This document shows, one piece after another, positions 1 to 12,815 of a stretch of DNA of 64,000 nucleotides (position 1 is the stretch's first letter; each line of letters begins with the position of its first letter). The stretch covers positions 3,472,001-3,536,000 of the forward strand of contig CM030336.1 of assembly GCA_017654855.1 (NCBI GenBank), given 5' to 3'. Made by a program: the position numbers and the translations under genes. The notes beneath the pieces are model-generated. The model worked only from the letters and a program-made list of their open reading frames with translations. It was not told the origin of the DNA and did not search any database. The DNA comes from Podospora anserina. Taxonomy: Eukaryota.

Positions 1-1004
1 CTACAGTAGTTCGTCAGCAAGGGCGGCGGACGAGCCACCCAACGAGCCAACTGGAAGCTTGAGTCCCGACCGAGATCTGGACCACGGCTAGCTGCTGAGC
101 TGCTGCAACTGGAACTGGAAACTTACAGGTGGTTGGCCAAGCATTCGAGGTCAACTAACTCAACTCATTTTTCGCCCACTCTCCCTCCCACTGCAGATAT
201 TCCGGTGTCTGCTGTCGCAGGCTGTCTGGAGGTTGTATTGTTGATCTGCCAGCCCCCTTTTGGACAAGCCTGCGTTGGACGGCCCACCCGGACGACAGGT
301 CTTCGCCACACTTCCGCACCCCCCTGCCATCTGCTGTCCAGCAGCGCAGCGTCTCATATCGCAGGCACATTTTTGGCTGACGCTTTTTCACCTTCGCTGT
401 CTGGGACCTGCTTCTGCCTTTTCTGACAGAGCACTTGGCGCATTCATCTTTTCCACTCACCAAGGGAATGTGTTTGCGGTGATCGACCTGCTTCCTGTTC
501 AGCCTGTGCCTGTGCCGCCCTCAGGAACCCCACCACGAATCCCGGAAGACCCAGGGAGACGACAGGGAAGCCAGGGGAAACGACAAGCTCTGGGTTGCTT
601 CCCGTCGCCATCTTTTTTTTCTTCCCACAGAAACCCAACCTTGCGACCGAAGAGAAAAAAAAGCCGCTATCCGGGGCCCCTTGGTGCAATCATCATCACA
701 AGACAACACGCTTTCTGGCTAACGAGCACGAGCACCAGCAAGCTTTCGAATGATCAGCCTCCGCCGGCCCCTTTTCTCCCTATCCTCCTGCCCCTCTCCC
801 TCTCCGACCACTCTCTTTTGTCCCTAGCTCAATCATTCCCAAACAACGCCGCCGGCTCCCCGCACTTACCCCTGCCGCGGACTCGGTCGTCTCAGCCTCA
901 CCGGGCAAGCCCACGCATATCTACCCTGAACCCCTCGCCTGTGCTCCCGCATCTGGTTGCACTCTTGCATCACCCTCCCTCACCCACCACAGGCACCTCC
1001 CACC

Positions 1005-3198
1005 ATGGCTGCAGCTTTTCGCCCAGTCAACACACCGCTCCTGGCAGCGGACTCCATCAAGGACGAAATACCCCCTTCTTCCACGACTTTGATGGCGACA
1101 ACGACGACAACAACAACGATGACGACACCGAGACCGAGCACAGCGCCTTCGCAGGCTTCACGGCCTGTTGACGAAGCCACGACACCAACACGAGCAAACT
1201 TTGGAACAGGCGTATTGGCATCTCAGAAACCACTTCCGACATCACCATTTCCCGAGTCGGTACAAGTCCCCGAACCCACGACGGAATCCACACCCAAGCG
1301 AGAAAATTCGCAGCACTCGAGGAAGTCTAGGGACTCGGACGACATGGACATGGATGACTCAGATGGAGAACACGGTGAGGAAGTTGGATCAGACGACGAC
1401 AGCGAGAACGCCGACGGAACAAAGTCGAAGAAGAAAAAGTCGCAGCGATTCTATTGCACGGATTATCCACCGTGCAATCTGAGCTTTACCAGGAGCGAGC
1501 ATTTGGCCCGCCATATCAGGTACGTACTACAACCATATTTTCCGTTGGAAAATAAGAAGCAGGAGGTATTGACGAGGAGGTCACCGCAGAAAACACACTG
1601 GAGAACGCCCCTTCCAATGCCACTGCTCCAGACGATTCTCTCGACTCGATAACTTGAGACAACATGCACAAACAGTGCATGTGAACGAAGATATTCCGAT
1701 TGACTCGCTAGCAGCGACAGGAACAAGATTTCAGAGACAGATCAGGACCGACAGGGTGCGGCCAACGACTGGCAGGGCAAGAGCGGCGACAGCTGGCAGT
1801 GTTGGACCTGGGGGTCGAGGACACTCGAAGTCTCTGTCAACATCTAGCATCACAAGCATGGCTTCGATAGCCTCGGCCTATGGTGGTGGTGAGGCACGCC
1901 GACGTCCGCCTCCTCTGGTCATGGCCGACCCCCGATCCCGACTTTCTCTCGAGTCATATCGCGGACCGGATGGTCAATACTATAGGGCCGCCTCACCGGA
2001 CATGAGCACTCCCACATCAGCCACGTTTTCGACAGGCCAAAATAGCCCTCGATGGGGTCCGGTGGCCTCTCCTGGTTCATCACACTCACGCTCGCATAGC
2101 ATGTATGCTGCCGCCGGGTCCCGCACCCCAGGCCGCCGACTAAGCGTTCCGTCTGGAGGCAACCCGTTCCAATCGCCTCATGCCCCCAGTCTCCGCGGCC
2201 CGCTGTTTGGCCCTTCGCTCAACGCGTCCAACAGCGGTGCCTTTTCTCCTGGCCAAAATAGTCTTCTCTCATCGCCCACAACGTCCACTTCAAACTGGAC
2301 AAGGCGGGATTCAGTGTCGACGGCCGATGAGGCCTGGCGACGACGAACGTGGCACCCCGATACCGCGGGCTTCAGCGGGGCAAGCAGACTGAGCCAGGTC
2401 ATCACTCCATCTCAGTTCCCGCCCGACAGCATTAAGCTTCCACCCGCCAATACCGGAAACCAACCACCTCAAACACTGCGGCTGCCCGGTATCGAGTCTT
2501 TTGATCCTATCCCGAGGAGACCGCCCACACCTCCCCGCCGCAACCCGTCCCCGATGATGATCGACTCGGAGGCATCACGGCCCCCAGCTTTGTTACCGGC
2601 CGGTGACCTCGGTTCGGATGACCGAAGGCCTAGCTCGCAGTGGGATATGGGCTTGCATCGGGGCATAACAAGACTTGACATCAACACGCCACCCCGGGAT
2701 AGCGCGGGAGCATGGGCCAACGAGGCCACTCAAGCCCTGATGGCTCGCGCTGAGCAAGCTCATGCCGCACCCATGCAACCTACCGTCCGGTTCGAACAAG
2801 ATCTGAGGCCTCCTCAGGGCCCGCCGCCCATCAATGTGGCCCCTCCTGTCGGCTCTAGGCATCACTACACAATGTCGGCTCCATCCATCACCACACCTCG
2901 TGAGTCGCGAAGACATGGATGGTATCACGGTCCAGTGCCTACCCACCCTGTTGAGGAGACCATCCATGAAGGCCGCCCACATGTTGATCGGATTGTTCAC
3001 CCCAACGTTCGTGGTTTCCAGGGATTTCCTGCCAGGGAACAACAGCTTGGCATTCACCAACAACAGCCATCCGGCCCCAGCATGGAGCGGATCCTGGAGC
3101 GGCCAATGTCCCGGGGCGACAACCCCGAGTCTCTGCGGCGGTTGCAGGCTCTTGTGGCCGTCGCCACAAGCGAAGGCTCGACGGCAACGGCATACTGA
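1005..3198 (+). CDS. nsdC: C2H2 zinc-finger transcription factor, NsdC/Usv1 family (2 exons, intron 1520-1589)
   Basis: Splicing GTACGT(1520)..CAG(1589) joins [22 protein letters not shown] to [30 protein letters not shown], the finger pair I recognise from NsdC/Usv1 proteins. Long S/P-rich tail. The symbol denotes a probable ortholog. Confidence 0.85.
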
Positions 3199-5282
3199 GG
3201 CCCCCCCAGCTTGATGGGGAGATGACATCTACGAATCACGAATTGGAATTACTGCATGGCGTCTGGACCTCGGAAACACACGACTTGGATTAGCGCGGAG
3301 GCCGTTTTGCTTTTGATACCCGTTCTCTCACCCGCCTACACTCGCTGCATCAAACGGTTTGGGCTATACAGATATGATCACTCATTTTCTTTTGGCATTT
3401 GATACCACGCTCGCTGCATACATACACATCTGGATACTGGGATTGGCGGTCTTTTTCTTTTTGGACGTCAGCAGGCACTACACAGGATACTACGGGTCGG
3501 TCATCTTTTGTTGCAATTTAGAGGATTCATTTCTGTTTTCTTATTTCCTTTTTGGGTCTGGGTTTTATGCCACGTTATGACAATTTTCTTGTTGTTTTCC
3601 ATTTTCCTTTTTGTGTTACGACGAAATGACAACCAACGGTTCCAGACCATGGCACTCTAGTATAGGGATACCCATCTTCTCTACTCTCGGATACGGGGCG
3701 GCATGCGGTACATGGTCGGGTTGGGAACTTTTGGGCACCTCTTCAATGGATGCTATTCTTTACGCAGTTTCTTGCAGGTGATGGCACGGTGAGATGTGAC
3801 GACGATGCCGGCTACGACGATATGAGACTACGACACTACGTTATGGATAAGGACGCAGTGCTGCTTTTGCGATGCAACGATGACACGACAACAAAGATTT
3901 AGCGCTGCATTTTCTCCTTGCTGTTCCGATTGTCGAATCTTGGTTGGTCTCTACTGTCGCATTCTGGTCGATGTCGTCAGGGGGGTGTTGGGTTGCTTGG
4001 TCGGTCAGTCAGGCACCGTCTTTGCTGCAGAGATGCCCGTTATATGGGGATGGTGGCTTGGTCAGGGGTTGGCGGGGAACTTTTGGGAAAAGATGATCAG
4101 GGGAGGTGGATAAGACTGAGAAACATGATCGCTATGTTCTCCTAGGTTGTCTCGAGGTTCCTCTTTTGGTGGTCACTGATGGACTTGATACCCTGGAAGG
4201 AAGGGTTCGCTTCCTTTTTTTTGTTGCGGGTCCTTGAACAACATCTTTGGGGGTTTAGCTTGCTTGGGCTCTCTCAATGGGCTGGCGGTTTTGCGCGCCT
4301 TGATTTTTTTTTGGGAAGGGTGGTAGCTTTTGCTGTTTTTGTTTTGATCTGCTTTTGCTTGGGTGGGTGGGTACGTGTTGCAGTCAGGCACACTGCAGGT
4401 TTCGGCTGGTGCATGACAGCAGACAGGCAGTGTTGTGCATTTGTTGGAGATCTGAGAGTGGATCTGGATGTGACGTTGGATTTTGTAATGGCGTGATGGG
4501 ATGGATAGGAGGGATTGGGAGCGGGAGTAGTATAACTAGATAGAAATATGTTTATTGGGTTGGTCACCTCAATTTTGTGTTTTGTCCACTGCGGGACTGC
4601 CCAAGCTGATTGTGCTGGAATGCAAGGTACACTGGGCGCTGTGGTTATTTGATGTGTTAGGAACGCACCTGATGATGCATGGAAAGTCGTACTCGGGGTG
4701 AACTTGAGGTGTTGGGTATGGAGATCAGTTGCCGATGCGGCTATCTGTTGAGTCTCAGTTTGAGGTTGAGGTTGCGGAAAGGATCTGTAGTATTGTGTCG
4801 GTTGGGAATGGCGAATAGCTGGTTGGGTAAATAACACCATTCTTGATCTGCCTGAGTGAGACGGATTTATCGTCACGAGGTTGTCTTGAGGGTCAAGGTC
4901 GGTGCGGTTTGGGGCTTGATCCATTTGCGAGTGAGTACCTTGGCTGATGTGCCTAGTATCATACCTGCTCTGTTGATGGTTGGTGATTTGCTTGCTACAA
5001 AGCTTTGATTACCTAGGTAGGTATTTAGGGTGATAGGATCATAGGATGTGAGTAGGGGGAGGGGGGAAAAGGGGGGCAGGGCACTACATGGCTTTTGATT
5101 TGCGCTGGGAATTGTGGTGATGCTAGTGTTGAGTATCTGGTTCATGAACTCGGGGAGGAAGTCAATGGTAGCTTGGGGGAAGGGTGATTGTGTCCTTTTA
5201 TTTTTTCTTCGCTTTCTTTTTTCGTTGTTTCTTCTTTTTCTTTCGTCTTTTACTTCTTTGTTTCTTTCCTTTTTTTTTTTTT

Positions 5283-5406
5283 TACCCGTACAGTGTCCCC
5301 GGGAGTACCCACTTTTCTGTACCATGCAAGCAGGCCACCCTAGAGTAGAAGTAGTCCGCTTGCGTGATCCGAATAAGGTGGGGAGGGAGTCCTTGGGGCA
5401 CGGGTA
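5283..5406 (+). ncRNA. Putative structured RNA: long imperfect hairpin between T-rich tracts
   Basis: Nested complementary blocks: TACCC/GGGTA, GTGTCCCCGGGA/TCCTTGGGGCAC, CCCACTT/AAGGTGGG, CATGCAAGC/GCTTGCGTG. Several G-T pairs form on the + strand. Family unknown. Confidence 0.4.
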
Positions 5407-6101
5407 TTTCTTTTCTTTTTTCTTCTTTTTTTTCTTTTTTTTGGAGATGTAGGAAGATGAGGAGGTGATGAGGTGGTGGTTGGAGTGACTGTAGGAGGTG
5501 GTCGCAACCTACTGCGGCAAGGTAGAGATGGGGGAAGGTTAATCTGGCTATGCGTTGAGTGTTGATGTTCGGGGTGGTGGTTTGTGTTAGGTGGGTCTGG
5601 TAGTAATTATGCCTTTGAAGCCTGTATTCACTTTTCAAAGACAAGGGGGCTTTGCTCCTTCCTGTTGGAAAAGAGTTTGAACCGAGAACTGCCCGAGCGT
5701 TGAGCAGCCTGCTGTCTTTCTATGACACCACGCACAGCGCTCCTGTGGTGTGTCAGCCACATAGGTAGGTTCTTGAGCAGCTCAGCCCGGCCGTGCTCAA
5801 GTTTCCAATGGGTCTCTGATTGGCCAGCACAATGATTTTGCTGTGCAGCGTGTGCCTTGTTTGGACCGTTGGCGGCGTCCCATCTTGGTAGATCAGGTCG
5901 ATTTAAGTGGTATTACCTAGGGTTATGTCGAATGCGTCCCTACGTTTCCGACTTTATTGCCCCGGGTACTCTCCATACCTACTGCGGCCGCCTATTATTC
6001 AATCCAGAGATCTGAAAGCCGAGAACGAAGTCGGTATTTGAAGCTATATTGTAATTTCGGGCATTTCTTGTCCTGTCAACGAAGCCGGGGAGTCTGCCAG
6101 C

Positions 6102-7729
6102 ATGTCCGAAAAGCCAGGACAACACCCACCATCGACATACGAACTTGACGACTTGGCTTCTTGTCATGGTGTTCAAGAGGGTGAATACGAATACACCGCA
6201 CTGAGGAGGCAAGGGAACATTCGCTTGCTGCATCTTCTACCGAGCGAGGATCGAAGAAGCCGCTTGGTCTGCCAGCTGCGCGAGTATCCGTTGTTGGCCT
6301 CGAACCAGGCCGAACAAAACCAGGAATTACATCTTTATGAGGCCCTTTCATATACCTGGGGTGATTGGTCAAACCAGAGAAGCATAACCGTGTATTCTCG
6401 TCGGCTATCCGTCACCGATAATCTGTATGAGGCTTTGCTGGCTCTACGAGAACAGCATCTTCCGAGAGCTTTATGGGTGGATGCAATTTGCATAAATCAG
6501 AGAGATGATTTGAAGAAGCAGGAGCAGATTCAGCCAAGCTCTCCATTCGAAACTGCTCGCTTCAACGTTTGATGTTCCACGAGAGCTACAAAGCCAGCTC
6601 CGTCCGGTGGTGTACTCAATAGGACGGGCGATATATCGTCCGAGGAAGACAGCCGGCATTGCTTCGCACGACAAGAGCGAGCTGGGTGAGCTGATCGATA
6701 TGTATCACACCCGACAGGCTACCCTAGTGCATGACAAGGTGCTCGCCTTGTTGGGCATGAGTACCACCGACCCACCACACAAGACATTCCTAAACTATTG
6801 GGTTGGTTGGGATGTTGTTTTCAAGCAGGTGGTAAAGTCTCTATTCGGTGCATTAGTGTCAGTTGATACCTGGTCCCACTCACAGGTGGCTGAGATACAA
6901 GGAAATGGCCAGGTACTGGGCAAAGTAATTCGAGTAGAATTCGATGATGCCAACGGGCGGCAGAAGCTATCCATCGAGTGGAAGTTTTCACAAGCCCAAC
7001 GATTATGCATCGTCTGCAGGCTGGACGCTTCCACTTTCTGCGAAATCAGTCCGGAGGGGTGACATTGTCTGTATCATGAAGGGAGCGTCGAAACCTACCA
7101 TTGTCAGACTTTGCTCAAGCCTCTTCTCTATCATCGTGAGCAGAGTCTCGTGCTGCGGGCCAGAGAACATCAGGAACTTTCCATACCGCTTCTCATTGAT
7201 ATGGGACTGGGGATGCAGAGAGGAGCGACAGCCACAGAGGGGGCCGAGTCACCAAAGTACAGCTGTCATTCTAGAAGCGGTAGGGGACTACAACGATGCG
7301 GCACTGGTTCTCCTGGATTGTGTAAGCAACTGCAAGTCCCTCGGGAGCAAAGCGCAGAGATTAGAGACCATCAATCAGCTCGTCCTCCTGTACAGCAAGG
7401 CAAACCAGATGGAAAAAGGATTCAATCGTCTCCGCAAAGAGCTACAAGGTCGATATCAGTACGACAGGGATGATTTGCAGATCTTGGCCCCGGCAGCAGC
7501 CTCCCAGGATGGGGAGGCCATGCGGCTTCTTATACGTCACGCGGGCGGAATCGATCTGACAGAAGCTGTGCTTCTCGCAGCCGTCCACAGCAATATGCAC
7601 GGCCGTAAGGTCTTGGAGATTCTCTTCAATCAACCACGATACCCCTCAAGTCCGGTCAGTGGCAAAGCAATCACCGAGGCTGTGTTGATAGCAGCCGCCC
7701 AAAATATACCAGAAGGTGCTTTAATATAG
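6102..7729 (+). pseudogene. Disrupted HET-domain gene (het-6-like)
   Basis: IRLLHL, YEALSYTWGD and LWVDAICINQ in 6102-6572, then an early stop. ELIDMYHTRQAT..DKVLALLGMS follows in another frame (6607-7062) and a third frame (6944-7729) has two TEAVL(L/I)AA repeats. The segment normally following the Q-Q-I/V-Q motif is missing. Confidence 0.75.
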
Positions 7730-7975
7730 CTTTTTCCCTTAGCTGACTTGTGTGCTAATAATGAGCTGAAGCTCGGCAGCTCAAGTTCAGTATAATAGGA
7801 AGTTCTGTCAAACGATCCTCTTGGCAGAAAAGCTACACTGTTTTCGATCCTCAAGAAGAAACAAGGATACCGATTATTTGACTTTGAACTAAACCAATTC
7901 TATACCACCTTAATCCAAAACGCTTTCTCTTGTCCACTCCGAAAAGACTACGCTGCGGCTTCCTATTCCAAAACG

Positions 7976-9703
7976 CTAAATATCAAGCATGCTCCTTATC
8001 TGTTGCGGTGGCTGTTGGCTCACCCTCGAGCCCACACTAGGAGCTACACTCCCCTCCCTTGCCCCTGTCGCACCTGGATATGGCGGTGGTGGTGGAGCCG
8101 TCGTAGCTGCTGCCGAGGGTGCAGGGCCATCCATCATCAGCTCCTGTTCCCTCCTTCCCCTTTCTGCCTCTGCACTTCTATTTTGAGGGAAAAGAGCACC
8201 AGCTACCGCCTGCATGGCTCTTTCTTGTCGAATTCGCTCTGACCGACCATTATACAGCGGTGGTGGTGACGTCGGCGGTGTATTTGTCCCAGCTGGGGAC
8301 ATGCCCGGTGCGGAAGGGGAGAGCGGGCTCATTGGGACATCATCTGACGCCGGGCTTTCATTGTTGCGCGGTTTATTCCCCTGGATTTCTCTGACATTGC
8401 GGACGAGTTGGTCGCGCATGCTTTCTCCTGGCACAACCACCTCTCCGTTGACTCTGGCCCACCATCCGGGCTTCTTGACGATGCCCATCTCCTGGTCGAG
8501 CTGCTGGTTGCGTACGATACGTTGGCGTTTGAGTTCTTTGTCTTCATTCTCGTTGATGAACCCAAAGATGACCTGGATGTACATGATCAATAAGGCTGGG
8601 GCGTAGCCACCAGCAAAAATAGCGGCTCGGTTCCCTTCGAGGTTCAAGGGGCTGTACTCAAACTTCCATGCGCAAAGCTCCTGATAGGCCGGGACGACAA
8701 GTGCGATGGGAATAAGGAGCTTGAATCGGAGAGGCGTCATGCGAATGAAGCCTACGAATCGGTTGATGATTCCACGGTTGCGTGGGCGGTAGTGTTTGAT
8801 CGAATGGCGGAGAGAGAAGACTGTTAAGCACCAGCAGACGAATAACAAAAAGCCGGCGGCTTTGAACCGGGCATCGGTGGCGGAGGGCTCAGCTTCGTTG
8901 ACTACTTGTTCGGGGTAGCGCTGGTGCTGGATGGGAGTCCAGTTTCGGGGAATAATCATGAAGAAGTTCTGGAGAGACAAAAGTTAGAGGGGTTGGGTAT
9001 CAAGACGGAAACTGAGAGGACGTACAAGCCACCAGAACAAATAGAAGATCAAGGGCAGATGGAATTCCACCTTTGATCTTCTATCGTCATCTCGCAAGGC
9101 GTAGGGGTCCGGATCTATAAACTGCCGTTCCATCCAACTGCCCCAATGGCGCACTGCTTCCCATACCTGGGCAATAGTGCCCAGCTGCATCAGAAACCAG
9201 AAGAAACTCGTGAGGATAAGTGGCAACTCGGGAAGATAGTATCGGTCGACGTCCATGGCGGTAAACAAACTGACAACGGCAGTAGCGCTGACAATAATAC
9301 CCCAGTACCACTGCCATCTCCTTCCAATGGGATAGAATCGCTTTGTGACGGGGAGGTAGAGGCGACCGTGTCGATTAAGCGCGACGATGGTCAGGACAAG
9401 AGCGACGCCGAAGAGAACAGCAAAACCAATCGAAGTGCCGGCTCGTTCTCCGATGCCATTAACGGGAGACCAACACCATGTTGCGTTGACGAAGGTGCCA
9501 TTGGGCATGACAAAGTCAGCGATCCACGGTTCCCAAGCCAAAAGACACCACGAGCCATTGGAGAGGGTTTGGTTTGTGAATAGCGTGTAGTTCCAGTGTT
9601 CAAGAGTGGTGAGGTTGAGATGGCTATTTCCAATCAATGTGTCACTCGAGTTGTCGCCGGGTGGGAAGGGAATGATATCCCGGGCTTGGAGGAACGAGTC
9701 CAT
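7976..9703 (-). CDS. Conserved fungal multi-pass membrane protein, DUF2434-like (intron 8969-9025)
   Basis: Two in-register ORFs joined by a GT..AG intron. N-terminus PFPPGDNSSDT..NLTTL..WNYTL..LSNGSWC, several TM helices and a P-rich tail. Confidence 0.75.
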
Positions 9704-10550
9704 GTTGGTGGCTCGGTCGCACCCAGAGGGTGGTTGCGCGCGCGCGTGTTAAATATCGATATTCGTCGTTTTCGAGAGCTCGATCGGACAGGAGGAACAA
9801 GTGAATTATCGAATATTAATGATGCCGGTACTTCGACATTATTGACACCACGATTGACAATCACAACGACTTGATCCAATGATCGGAGGGCTCAAGGATC
9901 AGGGGCGACGTGTTGCTGTCGGCGATGTCGTGGGCTACTGCCGAAGCTCCCGTCAGTGGATGTTTTTTGGAAGATGGCTTCTGGACAGATGGAAATGTGT
10001 AATCGCTCAGGGCACTTGCAGTGAGAGTGGGGGTTTGCCCAGCCCGCGGCAGGGACCAGCTGCCGTCAGCAACAGGCGAATACGATCGCCACTGTGCCGA
10101 GAGCCACCAAACATCGGGTGAGCGATAGGAAGCCATTCCCAATTCCGCCAGTTGACACTTAAGTACACAGTCCCTGCTTTGCGCCATAAGTAATTCTCAA
10201 TGGTCTGTGTCGTGCTGTTCCCAGGGTCCAGCGCCGTACACAGGCAAGAACAGGTACCATAACTTCAAAAAAACGGCGATGACCTCACAGCTCACAGCAC
10301 GGAATAGCTCCCACAGCCACGCATGCACAGCAATTGCGGGGCCATGAGCTAGCTGCATGTCACTGGGGCCGCCAACGCCCGCCTGAAAATTGTGGCTCCC
10401 AAACCCAACGACCTGGCCTCCATTTCGGGAGCTTTGCGCCCTGACCATTCTCTTGGCAGGGAACACCGCCAAACATCCGACCCAAGCTTCAACACCAGGG
10501 CACGACCACAACGACGCCAACGAACACAGGCCCATTGCGCCCACCTCACA

Positions 10551-11963
10551 ATGTCCAACCCCAACGACCCCTCTAACACGGACGAGCCCTCCTACATCGA
10601 CTACGAGGCCTTCCTCTCCCCCACCTTTTCTCCCTCCGCCTTCGCCAACACCCTCGTCCTCTCCACCAACAACCCGACCGAGCTCCCCCTCGATCTCTCC
10701 ACCCCCTTGCGGCGCGTTTTGTTTGACATTCAAGAAATTGACTCCCATATTGATAGCCTTACCACCCGCTCATCCATCCCGCTGCTATCCCACACCAAAT
10801 CCCAGACCGATGCCTCGGTGAAGATCGTCTCCGAAGTCGACGCCCAGCTCAAGGCGCTGAACGAGAGTTACAAGCAGCTCGAGAAACAAGTGATACAGAA
10901 ACACTCCGAGGCCGAACAAGTAAAGCTCGTAGCGGCAAGACTATGGGAAACTTTGCGGCTCGGGAGGGCAGTGGGAAGGGCACTGCAATTGGGAAGGCAG
11001 CTCGAGGTGCAGAATGGGGAGCTTACTGGGTCAGCAACGGCAAGTGTGACGACTAGTGCTGCCAGTTTGAAGAGCAGGGAACGGCAGCAGGATCATAGGG
11101 CGTTGGTTAGGTGTACTCACACTCTTCTGCAGCTTAGGGAGCTGTTTGCTAGTGTTGGGACACCTGGTGGGGAGGGGTACGGACTGGAGAAGGTGCTTGT
11201 TGTGCGGACGTTGAGGGAACAAATTGTTGCGCCGGTGGAGAAGAATGTCAGGGAGACGGCAGAGAGGATAGCGAGGGAGTTCTCGGTTGGGAGCGCGAGT
11301 GGGAGTGCCACGTTTGCGCAGTCGGAGGAGATCAAGGGACGGACGGTGTCGGCGTTGACAGCGTTGTATCTGTTGACACAGGGGCCGACGAGGCCGAATG
11401 AGAAATGGGCACCCACACTGATGTTGCAGGCGTTGGAGGGTTATCTCAGGTCGGCGCTGCAGAGCAGCATTGCCGGACTTTCGAGGGCGTTGGCAAATCT
11501 GGATAGCTTGTCGAGGACGCTCGCGGAAGTTGGGGCGAGGTGTCAGAATGTGGTTGCCCTCGAGGCGGTATTGGAGGGAACAAAGGTGCCGGTCCATCCG
11601 ATGCTACAGGGCAAGCAGCCAGTGCAAGGAGGAAATATGCTTCAGCCACTGCTTGCCTACCTGGAAACAGGATCCCTGGCAAGCTATTTCTGGCGCACCA
11701 TGGCGAGTAGTATGGCGCCACGGGTTCAAGAAATTGTGGCAAAGGGAAATACAACAGCTGCTCGGACACTGAGGGCCAACAGGCAGAGCGTTGGTGAAGC
11801 TATTCGGGAGTGCGTCATCAAGGGGAGCCAACTGCCAAGCGTAGTGGCTGCTGCTGCGGCCAAGGGGAAGGGCAAGACTGGAGATGAGGAAGCTGCCAGC
11901 AAGCAGTGGGAACGAGAGGTGGCTGTTATGGTTGGGAGCGTTGTAAATAATCTTGGGAGGTGA
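10551..11963 (+). CDS. COG5: Conserved oligomeric Golgi complex subunit 5
   Basis: EPSYIDYEAFLSPTFSPSAFANTLVLSTNNP..LDLSTPL..VLFDIQEIDSHID is the fungal COG5 N-terminus. ATG at 10551. Confidence 0.85.
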   Translation: MSNPNDPSNTDEPSYIDYEAFLSPTFSPSAFANTLVLSTNNPTELPLDLSTPLRRVLFDIQEIDSHIDSLTTRSSIPLLSHTKSQTDASVKIVSEVDAQLKALNESYKQLEKQVIQKHSEAEQVKLVAARLWETLRLGRAVGRALQLGRQLEVQNGELTGSATASVTTSAASLKSRERQQDHRALVRCTHTLLQLRELFASVGTPGGEGYGLEKVLVVRTLREQIVAPVEKNVRETAERIAREFSVGSASGSATFAQSEEIKGRTVSALTALYLLTQGPTRPNEKWAPTLMLQALEGYLRSALQSSIAGLSRALANLDSLSRTLAEVGARCQNVVALEAVLEGTKVPVHPMLQGKQPVQGGNMLQPLLAYLETGSLASYFWRTMASSMAPRVQEIVAKGNTTAARTLRANRQSVGEAIRECVIKGSQLPSVVAAAAAKGKGKTGDEEAASKQWEREVAVMVGSVVNNLGR

Positions 11964-12460
11964 TAGGGCCTATCGAGGCCGTGTTTTATGCACTGAATGA
12001 ATAGATTCTGGCCATCTGTGGCAGTTGATCAAGAGAGCTACAATGCCCCTCGCTGAAGAGCCGCTGCTGTGTTGCGGGAAAACGTTTATCCGCTCTTCTT
12101 CAGCAACCGTTGTTGGGACAGCTGGACATTCACATTATTCTTGCCATTCCATCTTAAGTCCAGTCTGACCTGAATGCTCCTATCATGACCAGAGTTGCTA
12201 CAATCTCAGTTGTTTCCTGAACTAACAGTTTCCTCCATGTTTACTTACCCCTTTATAGCATAGGCGATTGGTCTGTGCATGAAGGGGTTACTTGTTCGAA
12301 AAGAGAGTCGTTCAAAACTGCAGATATGCCCAACCAGAGAATTGTTTGGTCGTATCAGAGGTTGAGCTGAGTCCACAAGTCGCCCTTTTCTATTTGTTGG
12401 GGCTTATTTCACTTCCCAAGCTCCTCCTTCTCCCTTCTCCACAACTCTTTTCGTCCCAAC

Positions 12461-12802
12461 AACGCCTTCCAATTTAAATATAGACACCTATTTTGACACT
12501 GAATACACCTTCCTTCCCAACCATACACCTATCCATTCAAATTAAACGCCTGGCCTTTCACACCAGACGCTTTCAGTTCTTCACACTACACGTTACTTCC
12601 TTAACAAAATACCTCCCACTATCACCCACACGCCTTCCACTATCAACCGCACGCCTTCCGTTATCATCAATAGGCCTTCAATTACCAATCAGAGGCCTTG
12701 AATTATCTTTCCAAGGCCTTCCACTCTCAATCAAAGGCCTACTTATTTAACCAAACACCTATTTATTCCCATCACAGGCCTCAAAATCCTTTCCAAACAC
12801 AT
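12461..12802. repeat. Degenerate tandem array, 21-bp period, core A(C/G)(A/G)CCT, ~17 units
   Basis: Cores at about 12461, 12483, 12504, 12524, 12545, 12566, 12587, 12608, 12629, 12650, 12671, 12692, 12713, 12734, 12754, 12775 and 12796. Confidence 0.8.
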
Positions 12803-12815
12803 ACGCAATTCAACA

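Noticed and set aside
260-1171. 303-aa ORF upstream of and overlapping nsdC
   Set aside because: Starts at TTG and is a low-complexity P/S/H translation of a C-rich 5' leader; no domain.
4873-5452. K-rich and F-rich ORFs
   Set aside because: Translations of poly-T/poly-A low-complexity tracts.
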